NCBI GenBank assembly: GCA_033581555.1 | Contig: JAVQSZ010000002.1 | Location: 64,001 to 128,000, forward strand | Direction of reading: 5' to 3' | Length of the DNA stretch: 64,000 nt | From: Nitrososphaerota archaeon | GTDB taxonomy: Archaea > Thermoproteota > Nitrososphaeria_A > Caldarchaeales > Calditenuaceae | Shown: piece by piece, positions 9,685 through 19,143 of the stretch | Layout: every line of letters begins with the position of its first letter | Position numbering within the stretch: position 1 is the stretch's first letter | Notes under the pieces: generated by a model | What the model was told of the DNA's origin: nothing | What the model saw: the letters and a program-made list of their open reading frames with translations, nothing else | Databases searched by the model: none | Made by a program: the position numbers and the translations under genes

Positions 9685-11069
9685 GCCCTCGTCGCCCTAT
9701 GGACGTACCGCCCCCTCCCGGGCCTCGAGGTGACCTCTCCGTCCTCAGCGACCACTTCGCCCCTCGAGATCGTCAGCACGGGGTACCCCGTGACCTCAAC
9801 CCCCTCGTAGATCGAGAAGTCGAGCCTGCTGTGGAGGACGTCCTTCCCGAGCCTCACCCTCCTCTCCGGATCGATCAGAACGATGTCCGCGTCCGCTCCC
9901 ACCGCGATCCTCCCCTTTCTCGGGTAGAGGCCGTAGACCCTCGCGGGGACGTAGGAGGTCAGGCGGACGAAGCGTTCGAGGCTGATCCTGCCCTTCCTCA
10001 CTCCCTCCGAGAAGAGCGTCGGAACGATCGTCTCAGTCCCCTGGACGCCGCCCGGGATCTCCCTGAAGTCCCTCGACTTGAGCTTGTGGGCAGAGGCATA
10101 GGGCGCGTGGTCGCTCCCCACCACGTCGATCTGCCCCGAGGCGAGCCCGGACCAGAGGGCCTGGGCGTCCTCCCGCGTCCTCAGGGGCGGCGCCATGACG
10201 AAGAGCCCACCGTCGGGCCTCGAGTAGACCTCCTTCGTGAGGAGGAGGTAGTGGGGACAGGTCTCAACCCACATCCTCGCCCCGATCCCCCTCGCGGCCT
10301 CCGCGGCCCTCAACCCCGCTCCCGAGGAGAGGTGGACGACCAGGACCTCTGCCCCGGTCACCGACGAGAGGTAGCCGAGCCTCAGGACCGCCTCCGCCTC
10401 CGAGACCGCCGGCCTGCTCTCCTCGTACCTCGAGACGTCCGCACCCGCCTCCTCCACGACCCTCTCGGTCTCCTTCAGGACAATCCACTCGTTCTCGCAG
10501 TGGCAGAGGACCAGCACCCCGGCCCTCGAGGCCCAGCTCAGCGCCCTGAGGAGGGACCCGTCGTCGATCATCAGCCCCCTCCTGCTGTAGGCCGTGAAGA
10601 CCTTGACCGAGGAGACGCCCCTCCCGCCCACGAGCTCGTTCAGCTCAGCCTCTACCCTCGGACCCCACTCGAGGACGCAGACGTGGAGCCCGAAGTCGAT
10701 CCTCGACTTCGCTGACGCGGCCGCCAGCCTCTCCTCGAAGGCCCCGACGATCGATCCTCCCCTCTCGGGCGTGACGAAGTCGATGAAGGTCGTGACGCCA
10801 CCACACGAGGCCGCTGAGCTGCCCGAGTCGAAGTCATCAGCGGTCGCCATCCCACCGCCGTACTGCATCTCGAAGTGGACGTGCCCGTCTATCGCACCAG
10901 GGACGACCACTTTCCCGGAGGCGTCGATCACCCTTTCGGCCCGTGCCTCGATCGACTTCGCGATGACCGCTATCTTCCCGCCCTCGACCCCAATCTCGCA
11001 CTCGAAGGTCCCGAACGGGTCAGCCACCCTGCAGTTCCTCAGGACCAGGTCAAACCCCAACTCCCGCAC
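9669..11069 (-). CDS. hydA: Dihydropyrimidinase / D-hydantoinase (HyuA/HydA-like)
   Basis: PGAIDGHVHF, GGVTTFIDF, KVFTAY, HCEN, VHLS, ETCPHYL, PPLR, SDHAP; GTG start at 11069. Confidence 0.9.
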   Translation of the reverse strand: MRELGFDLVLRNCRVADPFGTFECEIGVEGGKIAVIAKSIEARAERVIDASGKVVVPGAIDGHVHFEMQYGGGMATADDFDSGSSAASCGGVTTFIDFVTPERGGSIVGAFEERLAAASAKSRIDFGLHVCVLEWGPRVEAELNELVGGRGVSSVKVFTAYSRRGLMIDDGSLLRALSWASRAGVLVLCHCENEWIVLKETERVVEEAGADVSRYEESRPAVSEAEAVLRLGYLSSVTGAEVLVVHLSSGAGLRAAEAARGIGARMWVETCPHYLLLTKEVYSRPDGGLFVMAPPLRTREDAQALWSGLASGQIDVVGSDHAPYASAHKLKSRDFREIPGGVQGTETIVPTLFSEGVRKGRISLERFVRLTSYVPARVYGLYPRKGRIAVGADADIVLIDPERRVRLGKDVLHSRLDFSIYEGVEVTGYPVLTISRGEVVAEDGEVTSRPGRGRYVHRATRAQVPR

Positions 11070-11079
11070 CGCCTTGAGC

Positions 11080-12864
11080 TCAGGCCGGGACGACGGCCGC
11101 GACCGGGTCGACGAACCTCTGCGCGTTGACGTCGAAGAGACCCTTGTCGGTAACGCGGGCCTCGGGGATGACCGAGAGCGTGAGGAGTGAGACGATCGGC
11201 ATGTACGGGTGGTCGATCGCACCGAGCCTCTCCAGCGCCCTTCTGAATCCCCTCATCTTCTCCGCCATGACCCGCACGGGCTCCTCGGACATCAGCCCCG
11301 CGATCGGGAGCTCTATCCTCGAGAGGACCTCGCCGTTCAGGGTCGCGACCAGTCCTCCCTCCGACTTGACGACCTCTGTCGCCGCGAGGTGCATGTCCCT
11401 CGGGTCGGTCCCTATCACTGCGAGGTTGTGGGAGTCGTGGGCGACCGTGGTCGCGATCGCGCCCCTCTCCATGAAGCCCTTCACGAACCCGTAGCCCCTC
11501 TTCCCAGTGCCCCTGTGCCTCTCCATTACCACCATCAGCGCGACGTCGCCCAGCAGGGCCCTACCTCCCCTGACTTCGACCTCGGCGGTAGACCTCTTCG
11601 TCACGATCATCTCCAGGAACGCCCTCGAGACGTCTTCCACGGACGGGTCGGGCCTCCTGAACTCGATCACGTTCAGGACCAGCTTGCCGTCGCTGATCGG
11701 CGGCCTGAACTCGAAGTCTTCAGGCCTCAGGTCCTTGACCCTGACGGTGCCCAGGGCTCTCTTGTCGAACCTCCTCTCCGGGAGCTCCGCGACGAGCCTT
11801 CCGTCCCTCGCGACGACCTTGCCCCCGAAGAGCACCATCCTCACGTCGATCCTCTTCAGGCTACCGAGGACTACTAGGTCGGCGAGCTTACCAGGCGAGA
11901 CCGCTCCCAGCTCGAACATCCTCATGTGGGTCGCGGGCCTCAGTGTCACGCTCCGGATCGCCTCGACCTCGTCCATGCCGGCCTCGATCATCGACCTGAC
12001 CACGAAGTCCAGGTGTCCCCTCTCCGCGAGCGTGTCGGGCATCACGTCGTCCGTCACAAGGATCACCCGGTTCCAGGGGCTCGGGAGAGAGCCGATCGAC
12101 CTCACGAACCTCCTTGGGTCCAGGATGTAGGGCCCCCTCAGCTTGACGTACATCCCCCTCCTGAGCTTCTCGACCGCCGACTCGACAGTGAAGTTCTCGT
12201 GGTCTGCCTCAGGGCCCGTCGCGACGTACGCGTTCAGCCTCGCGCCTGAGAGGAGTACGCAGTGCCCGTCGATCACGCACCTCCTCCTCCAGCCTATCTC
12301 GAGGATCCGCATGAACTTCTCACGGCCCGCGAGGACCGACTCGAAGTCCATCACCTCGCCCAGCCCCACAATCCCTTCCCAGTCGAGGGCCCTCTCGACG
12401 TCCTCCGGGGTGATCTCGGCCCCAGCCGTCACCGCATCGGACTCCGGGACGCAGGTCGGGACGAAGTAGGTGATCCTCATCGGTAATTCCCTAGAGTTCT
12501 CGAGCATCATCCTGACGCCCTCGATCCCGAGGACGTTCGCGATCTCGTGGGGGTCAGCGCAGACCGTCGTGGTGCCGTGCGGGAGGACGGCCTCCGCGAA
12601 CCTAACCGGGGTGACCATGCTGCTCTCGATGTGGAGGTGGGTGTCGATGAAGCCCGGCACCACCACGCCCTCTACGTCCAACACGCCCTCGGCGCTCGGA
12701 GCGTCCTTGCCCACGTAGACTACCCTGTCCCTGTATATCCCGACGTCGGCCCATTCTACCTCACCCGAGTAGACGTTGAGGACCTGGGCGCCCCTCAAAA
12801 GGAGCGTGAGTTTCCTTTTGCCCTGCGCAGCCTCGACGAGCTCCCTGATGTACTGCGCGTCCAT
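11080..12864 (-). CDS. ade: Adenine deaminase
   Basis: PGFIDTHLHIESSMVTP, DPHEIANVLG, GLGEVM, DHE, TDD, AHDSHN, LPIAGLMS. Confidence 0.93.
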   Translation of the reverse strand: MDAQYIRELVEAAQGKRKLTLLLRGAQVLNVYSGEVEWADVGIYRDRVVYVGKDAPSAEGVLDVEGVVVPGFIDTHLHIESSMVTPVRFAEAVLPHGTTTVCADPHEIANVLGIEGVRMMLENSRELPMRITYFVPTCVPESDAVTAGAEITPEDVERALDWEGIVGLGEVMDFESVLAGREKFMRILEIGWRRRCVIDGHCVLLSGARLNAYVATGPEADHENFTVESAVEKLRRGMYVKLRGPYILDPRRFVRSIGSLPSPWNRVILVTDDVMPDTLAERGHLDFVVRSMIEAGMDEVEAIRSVTLRPATHMRMFELGAVSPGKLADLVVLGSLKRIDVRMVLFGGKVVARDGRLVAELPERRFDKRALGTVRVKDLRPEDFEFRPPISDGKLVLNVIEFRRPDPSVEDVSRAFLEMIVTKRSTAEVEVRGGRALLGDVALMVVMERHRGTGKRGYGFVKGFMERGAIATTVAHDSHNLAVIGTDPRDMHLAATEVVKSEGGLVATLNGEVLSRIELPIAGLMSEEPVRVMAEKMRGFRRALERLGAIDHPYMPIVSLLTLSVIPEARVTDKGLFDVNAQRFVDPVAAVVPA

Positions 12865-12966
12865 ACCGATTGGGCGTCGCCGGTGTTAATTTAGGTGAGG
12901 GGCCATGACCCCGGGACCGCGGCCTGGACAAACCGATATCTCTCGGGGCTTGTGGGAAAGGGGAGC

Positions 12967-13593
12967 ATGGAGCAGGTCCAGGGGAGGCTGCCTCCAGGTC
13001 AGAGGTACGTCCGGGACTTCATCGTCTACGCGGCGCTGGGGATACCGAGGGTCGACCTGAACAGCTACAGGCTCTCGGTGACTGGTCTCGTCGAGAGGCC
13101 GCTCTCGTTCACCTACGAGGAGCTGCTCAGGATGCCGATGAAGAAGTACGTCAGGGACGCCCACTGCGTTACCAAGTGGTCGGTGAAGGACGTCGAGTGG
13201 GAGGGAGTTCAGATCAGGTACCTCGCCGAGCTCGCCGGCGTCAAGCCCGAGGCCAGGTGGGTGATGTTCAGGTGCCTAGACGGCTACTCGGCCCCCGTGC
13301 CGGTAGAGGACGCGCTGGACGAGTACTCTATCGTCGCTTTAAGGATCAACGGGAGGCCCATACCCCTCGAGAACGGGTTCCCCGCGAGGCCCTTCATCCC
13401 CCACCTCTACCTCTGGAAGAGCGCGAAGTGGTTGAACGAGATCGAGTTCATCGAGGAGTATGAGGACGGGTTCTGGGAGAGGCCAGAGAACGGCGGCTAC
13501 CATGAGCGGGGGAACGTCTGGCAGGAGGAGAGGTTCAAGGACGCGGGCGGGTTCCACTCGAGGAGGAGGCCGATCAGGCCGAAGGGTTTCTGA
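12967..13593 (+). CDS. Sulfite-oxidase-family molybdopterin oxidoreductase (YuiH-like)
   Basis: RLPPGQ, HCVTKWS (Mo-ligand Cys), [17 protein letters not shown]...GYHERG. Confidence 0.9.
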   Translation: MEQVQGRLPPGQRYVRDFIVYAALGIPRVDLNSYRLSVTGLVERPLSFTYEELLRMPMKKYVRDAHCVTKWSVKDVEWEGVQIRYLAELAGVKPEARWVMFRCLDGYSAPVPVEDALDEYSIVALRINGRPIPLENGFPARPFIPHLYLWKSAKWLNEIEFIEEYEDGFWERPENGGYHERGNVWQEERFKDAGGFHSRRRPIRPKGF

Positions 13594-13614
13594 GCTCCTG
13601 ATGCCAGGCCCACA

Positions 13615-14382
13615 TCAAGATGGCAAGAACTTGGACCTGAGCCTGCTGCTCGCGACGTCTATCGCAACGACGAACGCTAGGACCACGAGCAGGGCCGTCG
13701 TGAGGGACCTGTAGTCGAGGACCTGGACGTAGGAGAGGATGTAGAACCCGATGCCTCCCGCGCCGACCAGCCCGAGGATCGTCGAGGCCCTCACGTTGTA
13801 CTCGAACATGAAGATCGCCTGGCTGATGATGTAGTTCGCAGACTCAGGGATCACGACGTACCTCATCAGAGCCAGCTTCCCCGCGCCAGAGATCCTGACC
13901 GAGTCTAGGACGTCCCTGTCGACCGCATCGAAGGCCTCGTAGAGTAGCTTGCCGAGGTATCCGATCGAGTACACCGCGGTCCCCAGGACGCCGGCTAGGG
14001 GCCCGAACCCGACTGTGATGACGAAGAGGAGCGCCCAGAGGATGGCCGGGATGGTCCTAATCACAGACAGGAGGAACCTGAAGAAGCTGGTGACCGGCGC
14101 AGTGAACAACGACCTGCTGCTCAGCGATGCCAGCGGCACCGAGACTAGGACCGCGAGCGTCGTCCCGGCGAGCGCTATCAACACCGTCTCGAGCATGCTC
14201 CCGAGGAGAACCGGTATCGGCTCCGGGTCTGGAGGGAAGGCGTTCGCGAGGAAGACGCAGAGGTTCGGGAGCTTGGAGATCGTCCTTGGGCTGAAGGCTC
14301 CGAAGTGCCAAAGCAGGACCAGCGCGACCCCCAGGAGGATCAGGAGGTTCGCGTTGGGGCCGGCCCACCGTAAGGCCCTCAA
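13615..14382 (-). CDS. phnE: Phosphonate/phosphite ABC transporter permease PhnE
   Basis: RTIPAILWAL, GPLAG, FEYNVRASTILGLVGAGGIG. Confidence 0.9.
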   Translation of the reverse strand: MRALRWAGPNANLLILLGVALVLLWHFGAFSPRTISKLPNLCVFLANAFPPDPEPIPVLLGSMLETVLIALAGTTLAVLVSVPLASLSSRSLFTAPVTSFFRFLLSVIRTIPAILWALLFVITVGFGPLAGVLGTAVYSIGYLGKLLYEAFDAVDRDVLDSVRISGAGKLALMRYVVIPESANYIISQAIFMFEYNVRASTILGLVGAGGIGFYILSYVQVLDYRSLTTALLVVLAFVVAIDVASSRLRSKFLPS

Positions 14383-15086
14383 AACACGCTCAGGACCTCC
14401 TCGACGGACGCGTTAGAAGCGTCCTTGTGGAGCGCGATCCGGCCGTCCCTGATCACAGCGACCTTGTCGCCGAACTTCGGGACGAGGTGGACGTCGTGTG
14501 TGGTGATCGCGAACCCTATCCCTTGCGTCCTCAGGTCCCTAGTCAGCTCCAACACCTCCAGCGAAGTTAAGGGGTCGAGCTGGGAGACGAACTCGTCGGC
14601 GAGGACAATCTTCGCGCCTTGGACCAGTGCCCTCGCGATCGCGACCCTCTGCTTCTGCCCGCCGCTAAGCTCTTTCGCCTTGACGTTGACGTAATCCCCG
14701 AGTCCCAGGAGCTCGCAGGCGTCCTTCGCCCTCGAGACCGCCTCTCTGGGGAAGGACCCGACGACCTGCGAGAAGAGCGAGAGCCCGCCGAGGGCCCCGA
14801 GGAGCGCGTTCTCCAGGACCGTGAGGTTCTCGACGATGCCGATCGCCTGCGGGACGTAAGCTATGGCCCGACTTCGCCTCCCGTCGACTTGAAGGCCCTC
14901 GTATACCACGGAGCCCGACTGTGGTTTCAGGAGGCCCGCCGCGAGCTTGAGGAGCGTCGTCTTCCCCGCGCCGCTCCTCCCCAGGACCATCAGGACCTCG
15001 CCGGACTCGATGTCCAGGCTCACGGAGCTGAGGACCGGCCTCCCGGGCCTGTAGGCGAAGCTCACGTCCCGCAGCGATATCCTCAA
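14379..15086 (-). CDS. phnC: Phosphonate ABC transporter ATP-binding protein PhnC
   Basis: GRSGAGKTT, LSGGQKQRVAIARAL, ADEFVSQLDP; lies between phnD and phnE. Confidence 0.85.
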   Translation of the reverse strand: MRISLRDVSFAYRPGRPVLSSVSLDIESGEVLMVLGRSGAGKTTLLKLAAGLLKPQSGSVVYEGLQVDGRRSRAIAYVPQAIGIVENLTVLENALLGALGGLSLFSQVVGSFPREAVSRAKDACELLGLGDYVNVKAKELSGGQKQRVAIARALVQGAKIVLADEFVSQLDPLTSLEVLELTRDLRTQGIGFAITTHDVHLVPKFGDKVAVIRDGRIALHKDASNASVEEVLSVF

Positions 15087-15096
15087 CGGAGGTCCC

Positions 15097-16026
15097 TCAA
15101 GCGTCGTACCCGAGCCCCGTCAGCTCGATGAACCTTTGCAGGGAGGCGAGGTGCTCCTTCGAGTCCTTCCTCTCCCACCCGACGAAGAGCCCGGAGACGA
15201 GCCTCCTCATGAGCTCCCTGTACTCCTCCCTCCCGAGGTCCTCAAAGGCCGAGATCAGGAGCTCCCTCGTCCGCGGGTCCAGCCTCTTCGAGACGACCAG
15301 CGTGTGGGACGGGAGCGGCCCCTGCTGCTCGATCACCCTGGTCGTGGCCATCACCTTCTGGAAGAGGTCGTAAGCGACGTCGCCCGCGGTCACGGTCACG
15401 TCCACGTTCCCGGCCATCAAAGCCTCGTAGCACTGCTGGTATCCGCCGCCGAAGTAAACCTCGGAGAAGAACTCCTTCGGGTCGACGGGCTTATCGCCCT
15501 TCCTGGTCAGGAGACCGAGCTCAACCATCCTCGCGAGCGGCGCCAGGTAACCCGAGGACGAGATGGGGCTCGGGAAGCAGACCCTCTTCCCCCTCAGGTC
15601 CTCGAGCTTGGTGTACGGCGAGTCCGGCCTCACGATCCAGTACGAGAAGTAGAACGTGCCCTCGACCCTCCTGCCGTCGATCGCCACGGTCCTCACCTCC
15701 GCGAGGTAGACCTCCGAGTCCGCGACCCTCACCGCGATCGCGGACGGCCACGAGCCCATCATCGCCGCGTGGACGTTGACGTACCTCAGCGCCTCGATCA
15801 CCGCCGAGTAGCTCGTCGGGACGTAGACCTCGACCGGTCTGCCGAGCTTGGCCGTCAGGTACTCCTTCAGCTGCTGGGCCCTCTCGAGGATCGCTGCGGG
15901 GTTCTGAGTCGGTTGGATCGCGACAACGATCGGCTCGTCTCTGGTCTGCACGCCCCAGAGGGACCAAACCGCGATGGACGCCAACGCGACGATCGCAAGG
16001 ATCCCGAGGAGGTGCGAGCGTCTCAC
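15097..16026 (-). CDS. phnD: Phosphate/phosphite/phosphonate ABC substrate-binding protein PhnD
   Basis: N-terminal signal/TM segment, YSAVIEAL, DLRGKRVCF.SPISSSGYLAP. Confidence 0.85.
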   Translation of the reverse strand: MRRSHLLGILAIVALASIAVWSLWGVQTRDEPIVVAIQPTQNPAAILERAQQLKEYLTAKLGRPVEVYVPTSYSAVIEALRYVNVHAAMMGSWPSAIAVRVADSEVYLAEVRTVAIDGRRVEGTFYFSYWIVRPDSPYTKLEDLRGKRVCFPSPISSSGYLAPLARMVELGLLTRKGDKPVDPKEFFSEVYFGGGYQQCYEALMAGNVDVTVTAGDVAYDLFQKVMATTRVIEQQGPLPSHTLVVSKRLDPRTRELLISAFEDLGREEYRELMRRLVSGLFVGWERKDSKEHLASLQRFIELTGLGYDA

Positions 16027-16037
16027 GCCCGCTAGAG

Positions 16038-16052
16038 TATAACGTCGTTATA
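16038..16052. promoter_or_regulatory. Perfect 7-1-7 inverted repeat overlapping the phnD TATA box (candidate operator)
   Basis: TATAACG-T-CGTTATA, 12-26 bp upstream of the phnD GTG, overlapping the minus-strand TTATTATA. Confidence 0.55.
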
Positions 16053-16165
16053 ATAACCTTTCACGACGACAACGCCCGACACGGGAGGACGACCGTCAGT
16101 AAGGCTCACTGAACCCTGAAATTCCCGCACGGGCGAGCGGATTTCACGGCGTTAAACCACGACCA

Positions 16166-16912
16166 TTAGGCTACGCTGCGCCTCGATCCGAGGAGGACCT
16201 CGAGCATCGCTACGTGCTTCTGCTCGTCGTGGTCGATCGAGACCAGCAGCGCCGCGAGCGCCGGATTTCCCACCATCTCAGCGAGCTCGGTGAGGCCCTT
16301 CTCCTCGGCCTCCGACTCGTACTCCATCAGCTCCTCCAGTAGGGCCAGGTCTGACCTCAGGGACCCGTGGTCGGTCCCGATGCCCCTCGAGACGAGCGTG
16401 AGTATCTCGGCGTGCCTGAGGCTGTCGACCGCGATCTGCCTGAGGACCTGTTGGACCGCGGCGTCCCTCACCCTGTTCATCACCTCGAGCACCCTCCTCG
16501 CGACGGCCTCCTCGAGCCTGATCCTCTCGGCGATGGAGCTGAGAGTCTCCTCGCTCAGGACCCCTGCGCCTCCGGCTGCGCGCTCGCCTGCGATGACCGA
16601 GTAGAGCCTGTTCGCGAGCTCGGAGACCTCCCTCGAGGCCTCTACCGCCACGCCCAGCCTGTGCCTCCTCGCCATAGACTCCGCAGCCTCGGATATCATC
16701 CTCCGGGCCGTCGCGTCTGACTCGATCGCCTCGAGCCATTGCGCGCCCCTCTTCTTGCTGAGGTAATGGGTGACCGTCGCGGGCCTGACGCCAAGTATTG
16801 AGGCGACCTGGACCTTCCGGAGCCCGTGCTTCTCGAGCAGCTCCCTACAGAGGGCCGCCCTCACCGAAGGCAAGAGCTCCTCTGGCCGCTCGGGGAGCCT
16901 GACGCTCTGCAC
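16166..16912 (-). CDS. HTH transcriptional regulator (COG2522-like) fused to a ferritin/rubrerythrin-like domain
   Basis: LPSVRAALCRELLEKHGLRKVQVASILGVRPATVTHYLSKKRG HTH; C-terminal E...DSLRH and E.EAE...DEQKH metal-ligand repeats; start approximate. Confidence 0.7.
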   Translation of the reverse strand: MQSVRLPERPEELLPSVRAALCRELLEKHGLRKVQVASILGVRPATVTHYLSKKRGAQWLEAIESDATARRMISEAAESMARRHRLGVAVEASREVSELANRLYSVIAGERAAGGAGVLSEETLSSIAERIRLEEAVARRVLEVMNRVRDAAVQQVLRQIAVDSLRHAEILTLVSRGIGTDHGSLRSDLALLEELMEYESEAEEKGLTELAEMVGNPALAALLVSIDHDEQKHVAMLEVLLGSRRSVA

Positions 16913-17034
16913 GACCCGAACCTCTGATCCCAAGATAAAACTGAATCCGGGAAGGGGTTGGGGGCTCACCGTCCACCTTCAGATAACATGTTGGGTAGAG
17001 ACCTGGAAAGGACTTCCGACGGAAGGGGCTGGGG

Positions 17035-17256
17035 TCAGCCGTCGACGCCCAAGTTCTCCCTCAGGGCCCTGAGCCTAGAGAACTGGAGCCTTACCTCTTC
17101 CTCGAACGGGACGTCTCCCTCGCCGAAGCCGTGCTCGGACCTCAGCTCCCGCTTCAACACGACCATCTCCTCCGCGACCCTCCAGAGCTCCTCCTCCGAG
17201 ATGCCGGGCTCAAGGGCACGCCTCGCCAGCCTCCCGAACCTCTCGGCGTGGCTCAA
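17035..17256 (-). CDS. Hypothetical protein (73 aa)
   Basis: ATGA overlap with the aspS stop; host-like codon usage. Confidence 0.55.
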   Translation of the reverse strand: MSHAERFGRLARRALEPGISEEELWRVAEEMVVLKRELRSEHGFGEGDVPFEEEVRLQFSRLRALRENLGVDG

Positions 17257-18572
17257 GGCATGAACCTCTCAGGCGCCCTCGGGAAGAGCACGACCTCCCT
17301 GATGTTCGAGGCTCCGACTACCGCCATCGTCAGCCTCTCGATCCCGATGTTGAAGCCACCGTGGGGTGGTGCGCCGTACCTGAAGAACTCGGTGAACCAC
17401 TTCACGCTCTCGGGGTTCATCCCCTTGAGCCTGACCTGCTCCACGATCTTCTCGTACCTATGCTCCCTCTGTCCCCCCGAGCTCATCTCAAGCCCCCTGT
17501 ATACCAGATCGATGCTCCTCGCCCACGTCGGGTCCTCGTCGACCCTCATGACGTAGAAGGGCTTCACGGCGAACGGGAACCTGTTGATGAAGAAGGCCTC
17601 CGACTTGTACTTCTCCAAGACGTACTGGCTGAGGAGCCTCTCGGACTCCCTGTCAAGGTCGTCGCCGTACCTGATATCCTTGCCCATCGAGCTGAGGATC
17701 TCGTAGATCTCCGGGAACCTGAGCTCAGGGAGCGGCGTCCTCGGCACCTCCAGCTCCACGCCGAGAGCTTCGAGCTCCCTCGTCCTCTCCTCGAGGACCC
17801 TCTTCAGCCCCGCGATGAAGAGCTCCTCCTCGACCCTCATGACGTCAGTCTCGTCGGAGATGTAGGAGAGCTCAACGGCGCAGCCCCTGTGCTCGCAGAG
17901 GTGCCTCGGCGTGTGGCTGGGCTCGGCCCTCCAACTCGGACCGACCTCGTAGATCCTATCGAAGCCCGCGACCATCAGGAGCTGTCTGTGTAGCTGCGGG
18001 TCCTGCCTGAGGTAGGCCCTCTTCCCGAAGTAGTCGATCTCGAACATCTCCGCGCCGCTCTCTGAGGGAGCGCCGATGATGCAGGGCGTGAAGACTTGAA
18101 CGAACCCGCGGGACTCGAGCCACTCGGTCATCCCCCTGACGAGGGACTGCTGGATCCTGAACACGGCCAGGTTCCTGGGGTTCCTGAGGTCGATGGGCCT
18201 CCAGTCGAGCCTCGTGTCGAGCTGGGTCGCGGCGGCCCCCGTCACGTCTATCGGAAGCCTCTCCGCCCTCGAGAGGACCTCGACCTCCTTCGGGATCAGC
18301 TCGATTCCGACCTTCGCCTCCCTCCGCTCCGGAACCACGCCGACGACCGAGACGACGTCGTGGGTGTTCAGGGACTTCGCGACCCTAACGAGGTCCTCGG
18401 GCGCCTCCGCCTTCCTCAAGGTGAGCTGCGCGATCCCGCTCCTGTCCCTGACCCAGACGAAGACCAGCCTCCCGACCTCCTTCACGTTCTCTACGAACCC
18501 CGCGATCCTCACCGTCGTCCCGGGCTCCTCGGGGATCTCGGCGATCTCGTGCGTCCTCTTCACGTCCCTCAC
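17253..18572 (-). CDS. aspS: Aspartyl-tRNA synthetase (archaeal type)
   Basis: RDRSG OB-fold, TRLDWRPIDLR, QDPQLHRQ, WRAEPSHTPRH, SSGGQREH, PPHGGFNIGIERL, FPR. Confidence 0.95.
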   Translation of the reverse strand: MRDVKRTHEIAEIPEEPGTTVRIAGFVENVKEVGRLVFVWVRDRSGIAQLTLRKAEAPEDLVRVAKSLNTHDVVSVVGVVPERREAKVGIELIPKEVEVLSRAERLPIDVTGAAATQLDTRLDWRPIDLRNPRNLAVFRIQQSLVRGMTEWLESRGFVQVFTPCIIGAPSESGAEMFEIDYFGKRAYLRQDPQLHRQLLMVAGFDRIYEVGPSWRAEPSHTPRHLCEHRGCAVELSYISDETDVMRVEEELFIAGLKRVLEERTRELEALGVELEVPRTPLPELRFPEIYEILSSMGKDIRYGDDLDRESERLLSQYVLEKYKSEAFFINRFPFAVKPFYVMRVDEDPTWARSIDLVYRGLEMSSGGQREHRYEKIVEQVRLKGMNPESVKWFTEFFRYGAPPHGGFNIGIERLTMAVVGASNIREVVLFPRAPERFMP

Positions 18573-18648
18573 CAGCCCTCGGGGAGTTAAAAGCCTGGTC
18601 ACGAGGTCCGACGACTTTTATTAGATCGAGGAAGGGCAGCTGCGCGGG

Positions 18649-19143
18649 ATGCCCATCAAGACGTTCAGGTTCGACGTTGAGGGAGGGAAGGCGACCGCCG
18701 GTCCGCCGATAGGCCCTTCGCTGACGCCTTTGGGGCTGAACGTCCTCGCGGTCGTCGAGAGGATCAACGAGCTGACCTCGGAGTTCAGGGGGATGAGGGT
18801 CCCCGTGAAAGTCAGGGTCAACACCGACACGAAAGAGTTCGACGTCGAGGTCGGGATACCCACGGTCTCAGCGCTGATAGCGAAGGAGGCCCAGATCGAG
18901 AAGGGCTCGGGGGAGCCCGGGAGGAAGGCGGTCGCGAACCTCACGATGGAGCAGGTCGTGAAGATCGCGAGGATGAAGATGCCCCACATGAGGGTCAACT
19001 CGCTCAGGGCCGCGGTCAAGACCGTCCTCGGGGTCTGCGTGAGCATGGGCGTGAACGTCGACGGCAAGAACCCCAAGGAGGTCCTCAGGGAACTCGAAGA
19101 GGGGGTACACGAGGGGCTCCTCGGAGAGGCGGCTACCGCCTGA
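18649..19143 (+). CDS. rpl11: 50S ribosomal protein uL11
   Basis: VEGGKATAGPPIGPSLTPLG, GMRVPVKV, GIPTVSALI, GVCVSMGV. Confidence 0.97.
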   Translation: MPIKTFRFDVEGGKATAGPPIGPSLTPLGLNVLAVVERINELTSEFRGMRVPVKVRVNTDTKEFDVEVGIPTVSALIAKEAQIEKGSGEPGRKAVANLTMEQVVKIARMKMPHMRVNSLRAAVKTVLGVCVSMGVNVDGKNPKEVLRELEEGVHEGLLGEAATA

